From an uncultured Zetaproteobacteria bacterium (GTDB lineage Bacteria > Pseudomonadota > Zetaproteobacteria > Mariprofundales > Mariprofundaceae): a DNA stretch of 64,000 nucleotides. Each line of letters begins with the position of its first letter. Within the stretch, counting starts at the first letter, position 1. The notes under the pieces were generated by a model that worked only from the letters and a program-made list of their open reading frames with translations, was not told the DNA's origin and made no database searches. Shown here in pieces: positions 57,161 to 64,000 of this stretch. Made by a program: the position numbers and the translations under genes. The stretch covers positions 17,143 to 81,142 of the forward strand of contig CAZTGM010000001.1 in NCBI GenBank assembly GCA_964613235.1. Direction: 5' to 3'.

Positions 57161-58344
57161 GTTTCCCCCTCCATGTCATGAATCATGTGCACCAACCGCT
57201 CGGCCAATTGTGCCTTATGCATCTCCGGCAGTTCGATCACCTGCCCGGCATCCACCCACCAGCCACCGCCCAGCGTGCTCCCCATACGACCGGCATCATT
57301 GGCCACAATCGCATCCACACCCTTGGCCTGCAATTTCCGCTGCGCATGGTCGATATGTTCTTCCCGCTCGGCCGCAAAGGCAATTACCCGCCGAGGACGT
57401 TGTGTCATATGCGCGATATCCGCCACAATATCGGCATTTTCCGTCAACTGTAGTGAGACCTGTCCATGCCCCTGACGCTTAAGCTTGCCATACACCGGCT
57501 CTGCAATGCGATAATCACTGACGGCCGCGGCTGCAACAAACACATCCGCACCCTCAGCATGCGTCATGCATGCCGCATGCATCTGTTGTGCACTTTCCAC
57601 ATCAATACGCTGCATCGGCATCGCGCTATACGCCACATCAGGACCTGCCACCAGTGTGACCGTTGCCCCTGCGACCATGGCTGCCTCGGCAATATGCAAA
57701 CCCAGCATACCGGAAGCCCGATTGCTCAATATGCGCACATCGTCCCAGCGCTCCCGGGTCGGACCGGTATTGATGACCCAGTGCTGCCCCTGCAAAAACG
57801 GCGTGCCGCAGGTACAACGAATCGCAGCCAGTATTGTTTCCGGCTCGCTCAAACGTCCAACGCCCTGCTCCCCACAGGCCAGTTCACCTTCCTCGGGCCC
57901 GACCATATACACACCACGTTCCTGCAACAGCGCAATATTCCGCTGCGTAGCCTCTGCCTGCCACATAGTCGTATTCATTGCCGGCGCCAGCAGACAGGGA
58001 ATATCCGCCGCCAGAAACATGGTCGTCAGTAAATCATCGGCCATGCCGTGAGCAAAACGGGCTATCAGATTGGCCGTCGCCGGTGCCACCAGCAACACGT
58101 CGGCTTCACGTACCAGCCGAATATGCCCCATTTCACGTTCGCTGGTCAGATCAAACAGTTCCGTATACACCTGCCGGCCAGTCAACGCCTCAAACATCAA
58201 TGGCGACACGAATTGCTGTGCGCCGGACGTCATGACGCAGCGCACCTCCGCCCCCTGCCTGCGCAGCAGGCGCGCCAGTTCGGCAACGCGATACACCGCG
58301 ATGCCGCCGCCAATGCCCAGCAGGATACGCTTGCCGTTCAGCAT
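57157..58344 (-). CDS. coaBC: Bifunctional phosphopantothenoylcysteine decarboxylase / phosphopantothenate-cysteine ligase
   Basis: [54 protein letters not shown] and AAAVSDYR are present. Confidence 0.93.
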   Translation of the reverse strand: MLNGKRILLGIGGGIAVYRVAELARLLRRQGAEVRCVMTSGAQQFVSPLMFEALTGRQVYTELFDLTSEREMGHIRLVREADVLLVAPATANLIARFAHGMADDLLTTMFLAADIPCLLAPAMNTTMWQAEATQRNIALLQERGVYMVGPEEGELACGEQGVGRLSEPETILAAIRCTCGTPFLQGQHWVINTGPTRERWDDVRILSNRASGMLGLHIAEAAMVAGATVTLVAGPDVAYSAMPMQRIDVESAQQMHAACMTHAEGADVFVAAAAVSDYRIAEPVYGKLKRQGHGQVSLQLTENADIVADIAHMTQRPRRVIAFAAEREEHIDHAQRKLQAKGVDAIVANDAGRMGSTLGGGWWVDAGQVIELPEMHKAQLAERLVHMIHDMEGET

Positions 58345-58826
58345 CAGCCTGCGCGCAGTTCCTGCAGTGCCTCGTAAACGGCCTGTACATGCCCCTTCAC
58401 ACGCACCTTGCGCCAGAGCTTGCGTACAATGCCGTCCGGATCGATAATAAATGTCGAACGCTCAATACCCCGCACCTGTTTGCCATACATGTTTTTCATC
58501 TGGATGACGTCGAACGCTTTGCATAAAGCCTCTTCCGCATCTGCAATCAGGCGAAACGGCAGAGCCTGCTTTTCGGCGAAACGCTGATGTGAAACCAGCG
58601 AATCGCGACTGACACCGATAATCTCCGCATCCAGTTGCTTGAAGTCGTTCAGTGCATCACGGAACTCACAGGATTCCGTTGTGCAACCTGGTGTCGAATC
58701 CTTGGGGTAAAAATAGAGCACAACCCATAAGCCTTTCAGCTCCACCAGATTGACCTCACCTTCCGGCCATGCCGGCACGGCAAGATCGGGAACCCGGTCA
58801 CCCTCGTTCAATGTATAATCACCCAT
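58344..58826 (-). CDS. bcp: Thioredoxin-dependent peroxiredoxin Bcp (PrxQ-type)
   Basis: [24 protein letters not shown] is present. AAGGAG lies upstream of the ATG. Confidence 0.92.
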   Translation of the reverse strand: MGDYTLNEGDRVPDLAVPAWPEGEVNLVELKGLWVVLYFYPKDSTPGCTTESCEFRDALNDFKQLDAEIIGVSRDSLVSHQRFAEKQALPFRLIADAEEALCKAFDVIQMKNMYGKQVRGIERSTFIIDPDGIVRKLWRKVRVKGHVQAVYEALQELRAG

Positions 58827-58927
58827 GGTTCACTCCTTTCATTATCGTTACCACGACAATCGCTGCGGTTTTTTCTTTTCAGGCTCCGATGATAGTGTAT
58901 GCGCATCATCCGTCGAGGAGAAAGCGC

Positions 58928-59866
58928 GTGAACGAAATCATACTGGCCGAACCCAGAGGCTTTTGCGCCGGCGTTGACCGGGCCATCGAAATTGTCGAAC
59001 GGGCGCTCGAAGTCTATGGAGCCCCGGTCTATGTACGCCATGAGATCGTGCACAACCGTTTTGTCGTTGAAGACCTGCGCACCAAAGGCGCGGTCTTTAT
59101 CGATGAAGTAGACGATGCACCGGACGGTGCCCTGCTGATCTTTTCTGCCCATGGTGTCAGCAAGGCCGTGCGCCAGCGCGCCGATGAGCGTGGCCTGCGC
59201 GTTATCGATGCGACCTGCCCTCTGGTCACGAAGGTGCATCTGGAATTGCTGCGCCATTATGCCCAGGGTGATCAGGTCATTCTAATCGGCCATGCCGGTC
59301 ACCCGGAAGTAGAAGGTACGATGGGCCAGGCACCGGAAGGCGCCGTATTGCTCATCTCCGAAGCGGAAGAGGTTGCCGGTTTGCAGGTTCGCAATGCGGA
59401 CAAACTGGCCTATGTCACCCAGACCACCTTATCCGTAGATGATACCCGGGATGTTATCACTGCGCTCAAACAACGTTTTCCGAATATCAAAGGACCCAAA
59501 CGAGAAGACATCTGTTATGCCACCAGCAATCGCCAGCTGGCCGTCAAGGAACTGGCGCAAAACTGCGATATCGTGCTGGTCATCGGCTCGAAAAACTCAT
59601 CGAACAGCAATCGCCTGCGCGAGGTAGCCGAACGGGGCGGCGCACGCGCCTATCTGATTGATGGCGCGGAAGATATCAATACAACATGGCTGGAACAGAT
59701 CGAACACGTCGGTGTCACCGCTGGCGCATCAGCACCGGAAGTGCTGGTGCAAGGCGTCATTGACTGGTTGAAGAACCATGGCGCGAAGACTGTCACCCCA
59801 TTAACCGTACGTGAGGAAAACGTGCATTTCTCCCTGCCGGACTCCCTGCGCACTCCGTCCGCCTAA
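58928..59866 (+). CDS. ispH: 4-hydroxy-3-methylbut-2-enyl diphosphate reductase
   Basis: [63 protein letters not shown] and SSNSNRL are present. It has a GTG start at 58928 with GAGGAG 8 nt upstream. The ORF-track ATG at 58769 overlaps bcp. Confidence 0.93.
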   Translation: MNEIILAEPRGFCAGVDRAIEIVERALEVYGAPVYVRHEIVHNRFVVEDLRTKGAVFIDEVDDAPDGALLIFSAHGVSKAVRQRADERGLRVIDATCPLVTKVHLELLRHYAQGDQVILIGHAGHPEVEGTMGQAPEGAVLLISEAEEVAGLQVRNADKLAYVTQTTLSVDDTRDVITALKQRFPNIKGPKREDICYATSNRQLAVKELAQNCDIVLVIGSKNSSNSNRLREVAERGGARAYLIDGAEDINTTWLEQIEHVGVTAGASAPEVLVQGVIDWLKNHGAKTVTPLTVREENVHFSLPDSLRTPSA

Positions 59867-60210
59867 CCGCCAAGATATTGCAACAGCAACAGGCTACTGC
59901 CTCCACCGAACATCAGAGTAAACGCTCGCAGCCACGGCTGCTCGGCAATCGGCTTGAAAGCTCCTTCATGAATCGGCTCTATCTGCTCTTTACAAAAAGC
60001 CAGTGAATCTTCCTTATTTGTACCATATGTGCTCCGTTTGTTCACACCAAACACCATTTTTGTTTCCACCACGCGAATGTGCTCAAGGATACATTCCCTG
60101 AATTCCAGCGCCCGCCGCCGCAAAAGAATGGCCACGGAAAAAGCGATCAGACCATTCACACCCGCCACCAACACCAACGCGTAAGCTTCCCCAAATAGTA
60201 GACAGTTCAT
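59863..60210 (-). CDS. Hypothetical small membrane protein (115 aa), possibly truncated or spurious
   Basis: It has a hydrophobic N-terminus and C-terminus and lower local GC. Its ATG abuts the left inverted repeat of the IS remnant, and the reading frame stays open into that element. I recognise no family. Confidence 0.35.
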   Translation of the reverse strand: MNCLLFGEAYALVLVAGVNGLIAFSVAILLRRRALEFRECILEHIRVVETKMVFGVNKRSTYGTNKEDSLAFCKEQIEPIHEGAFKPIAEQPWLRAFTLMFGGGSSLLLLQYLGG

Positions 60211-60574
60211 AAGTAGAGTTTTCTGGCAGACTTGAGCCAGGAGACGAGGAATGCAGAAGAGTAGATTTAGCGAGACACAGATTGTGTCAATTTTGAAGCA
60301 GGGCGATGCTGGGATGTCGGTAAAAGTTTATGCCGCCAACATGGCATCAGCCAGGCGACCTATTACAAGTGGAAAGTCAAAGTATGGTGGTATGGAAGCA
60401 TCCGACCTGAAACGAATCAAGGCTGGAGGCGGAGAATGCCAGGCTCAAGCGCATGTATGCCGATCTGGCGCTTGAGAATACGGCGATGAAATCTGATCTC
60501 AAAAAAACTGTAGGGCCGACTGCGAAGCGTGACTCCATTGGAAGTCCGGCAAAACTACGCCAGAAACTCTACTT
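60211..60574 (+). mobile_element. Miniature, internally deleted IS3-family element (IRL + decayed orfA + IRR; no orfB)
   Basis: The terminal inverted repeats are AAGTAGAGTTTTCTGGC (60211-60227) and GCCAGAAACTCTACTT (60559-60574), 16 of 17 positions identical with one T indel. They flank a transposase OrfA remnant that still contains an A7 slippery run at 60501-60507. Confidence 0.7.
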
Positions 60575-60578
60575 TTAA
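60251..60578 (+). pseudogene. IS3-family transposase OrfA (HTH_Tnp_1-like) pseudogene
   Basis: Pieces of the expected protein lie in three frames: MQKSRFSETQIVSILKQGDAGMS / KSLCRQHGISQATYYKWK / KSKYGGMEASDLKRIK / LEAENARLKRMYADLALENTAMKSDLKKTVGP. That implies at least three frameshifts. No integrase (orfB) coding sequence follows. Confidence 0.75.
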
Positions 60579-60700
60579 TTTGTCGCCTTGACAGGGAAGC
60601 TTACGCTCTCCCATTAACCCCATACCGGAGCCATGACTCCAGTATAGTATACTTTTCAATGGGTTGAGTTCAGATCGATGCAGCGCCCAGACTAAAAGCT

Positions 60701-62086
<1,386 letters not shown>

Positions 62087-62138
62087 TTAATGGGGCGCAA
62101 ATTTACACGATTTGCCCATGCTGCGCAGCAAGCAAACA

Positions 62139-64000
62139 TCAGGGTGATGATACTTCATGCCAGGCCGGCCTCGGCCAGCGACCGTCGATATGAATTGTCC
62201 GTTTGCCCCAATGCAGCTGGCCACGCAGCAAATAGTTGCTATCCATACTCACCGCGCCGGTAAAATGATCCGTTTTCGTTTCCACAATCAACCTGTCTGC
62301 CTGCAATATCCCTTGCTTTAACTGCAAGCGCATGGCGAACTTACGGAACGGCCAGCGATGATCCGCCTCCTGCCAGATACCTTCGTATAACGCCATATCG
62401 CCTTTGACATCCATATCTAGCATACGTTTTGCCGGCCAGTAACCGGCCAGTGTCAAATTCGTCGCAAGACGCCCCTGCAAATTAACACCCAGCCATTGCT
62501 GCAAGGCAGGCAGTTTTTCCAGTGCCAGTGCTGAAACATGCAAATCTCCGCTGAGTTTCACCTGCTGATCCTCGCGCTGCAATGCCATACCATGCGATGT
62601 CACTTCAGCTTCTGCCAGCCTCGCCTTCCAGTCTCGCAATTGCAGCACACCTTGCTGCAAGCGATACTGTCCCTGTAAGGCATGCCATGATACTTGTCCC
62701 CATTGCACCTGCAGACCGGCAATCGTGCCACGCACCGCCAGCTTCTCATCCAGATGCGGTATATCCCCGACACTGTCCCAATCAAGATATCCGCCCAGCA
62801 CATGAATCGTGCCTGTTCCCTGCAATACATGGTATTGGCCGGCCAGGTTGACCTGTCCCTTTTGCAACTTCATAAACACATGCTCGGAAGACAGCACACC
62901 TTTTCGTGCATGCATATGCCCATCCAGTTGCCAGTTCTCCGTGCCAAAAGCATGCAGATCAAGATCACCGGAAAGTTTGCCCAGCCAGCCAGACAGGGAT
63001 ATATCACCCTGACTGGATGCGGTAAAGTCACCAATCACGCGACCACGAAACGCAATGCCATCAGTGCCGATCAGATGCAGGCCGACTTCTTCAAGCTGTG
63101 CAAAATCCAGCGCACCCTGTTGTACCTTAAGCTGCTGCTCCTGCGCATCTCGTTGCCACAATAACGATTGCACACCGGAACCACCAAAACGACACTCTCG
63201 CATGGTTAAGGTATCGCGTTCGGGCTGACGCTTCAGTGTCAATGAACACTGCGCCTGCATACGCGCCGGTTTTCGCGTAATCGATGCATAATCAATGCGT
63301 GCCGCTGTTGCATCAAAATTCATGCCGATGGAATACTGCTCACCGTTCTGCTCCAATGTCACCGCGCCCTGTACCCGACCCTCACCAGCGACATCCGGCG
63401 CCTCATCCAGTGAAGCCAGCACCAGATTAGCCAGAGGCACCCAAATGGCATCAATGCCCTGCGTGCTGGCCTCTCCTTTCAAACCCTGCTGTGGATCGTA
63501 TTCCGCCGACAACATCAGATGATCCGTGGCCCCGGGGCGACCAAGCACAGCATGGTTTATCTTCCAGTGCATACCCGTTCCCGTGAAGTCTGTAATATCC
63601 ATCTGCATCTCGGGCAGGGCAATGGTATTGCTGCCAAAATGGAACAGCGGTTTTTTCAGCCGTACGGTTCCCTGCCCTGACCATTGATTCTGCTGCCAGC
63701 GAATCACCGAATTCATCGTCATTTCACCATCAATATGCACCGGCTCCACGGCCTGTTCCGCCCATACCAGCTTCAATGCATTTAACGGAAGTTTTTTGCC
63801 TTGCATCCTTGTTTCGCAGGCCTGTTGCTGGCACCAGCCATCAATGGCAATCACGGCTCCGGCATCAAAATGCACGAATGCATCGCGCCAGATCAGCAAT
63901 GTTTCTTCCGGGTGCTCCACTTTGCCGCGAAACTTGACCAATTGCTCATCACCACGCTGGATTTTCCCTTCACCAAAAAGTGTCCATGCATGTCTGGATG
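62139..64000 (-). CDS. AsmA-family outer-membrane-biogenesis protein, C-terminal part (gene continues past the right edge)
   Basis: A long beta-rich repetitive sequence (LSGDLHVSALALEKLP, LQGRLATNLTLAGYWP, GILQADRLIVETKTDHFTGAV) is typical of AsmA/YhdP-like C-termini. The reading frame remains open from 63941 to position 64000. Confidence 0.65.
   Translation of the reverse strand, partial: SRHAWTLFGEGKIQRGDEQLVKFRGKVEHPEETLLIWRDAFVHFDAGAVIAIDGWCQQQACETRMQGKKLPLNALKLVWAEQAVEPVHIDGEMTMNSVIRWQQNQWSGQGTVRLKKPLFHFGSNTIALPEMQMDITDFTGTGMHWKINHAVLGRPGATDHLMLSAEYDPQQGLKGEASTQGIDAIWVPLANLVLASLDEAPDVAGEGRVQGAVTLEQNGEQYSIGMNFDATAARIDYASITRKPARMQAQCSLTLKRQPERDTLTMRECRFGGSGVQSLLWQRDAQEQQLKVQQGALDFAQLEEVGLHLIGTDGIAFRGRVIGDFTASSQGDISLSGWLGKLSGDLDLHAFGTENWQLDGHMHARKGVLSSEHVFMKLQKGQVNLAGQYHVLQGTGTIHVLGGYLDWDSVGDIPHLDEKLAVRGTIAGLQVQWGQVSWHALQGQYRLQQGVLQLRDWKARLAEAEVTSHGMALQREDQQVKLSGDLHVSALALEKLPALQQWLGVNLQGRLATNLTLAGYWPAKRMLDMDVKGDMALYEGIWQEADHRWPFRKFAMRLQLKQGILQADRLIVETKTDHFTGAVSMDSNYLLRGQLHWGKRTIHIDGRWPRPAWHEVSSP

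Overview
This 64-kb window is a densely packed chromosomal segment of a Gram-negative (proteobacterial) genome, moderately GC-rich by eye. I cannot name the species from sequence alone. Almost everything is recognisable core housekeeping.

Main gene groups:
- Isoprenoid genes: ispG (partial), ispDF and ispH.
- A long minus-strand run: dnaX-ybaB-recR-ugd-yggS-proC-yggT-yggU followed by a GT39 / GT2 / UPF0104 membrane glycosylation trio.
- dksA, lipB, moeB and nagZ.
- ubiG-lptD-surA-pdxA.
- folE, uup, ftsE-ftsX-ftsY, ypjD-corB and fbp.
- tig-clpP-clpX-lon-hupB.
- hslVU.
- bcp-coaBC-dut-rsmC-rsuA.
- purB and a partial AsmA-family gene.
- Seven tRNA genes in three minus-strand clusters: Asp/Val, Leu/Lys and His/Arg/Pro.

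I found no CRISPR array, no rRNA, no intact mobile element and no recognisable defence or toxin module, and I cannot point to a clear new multi-gene system.

The most unusual observations:
1. A roughly 130-aa NTF2-like add-on at the C-terminus of SurA. Its two halves reappear in swapped order as an insertion in the N-terminal jellyroll of the neighbouring LptD.
2. An ArnT-like GT39 / GtrB-ArnC-like GT2 / UPF0104 trio plus ugd, wired into a housekeeping operon.
3. An ABC permease pair (DppB-like and DppC-like) split by a 2.7-kb insert, with no ATPase or binding protein nearby.
4. Uncharacterised proteins in odd contexts: one translationally coupled to ispF, one secreted protein between two tRNA operons, and one His-rich glycine-zipper/TPR lipoprotein.
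5. A 364-bp miniature IS3-family derivative with terminal inverted repeats and a frameshifted orfA, sitting in a small lower-GC islet.
6. An unannotated, degraded gamma-glutamylcyclotransferase-like pseudogene.

All functional calls rest on my recognition of translated motifs. No database search was run.
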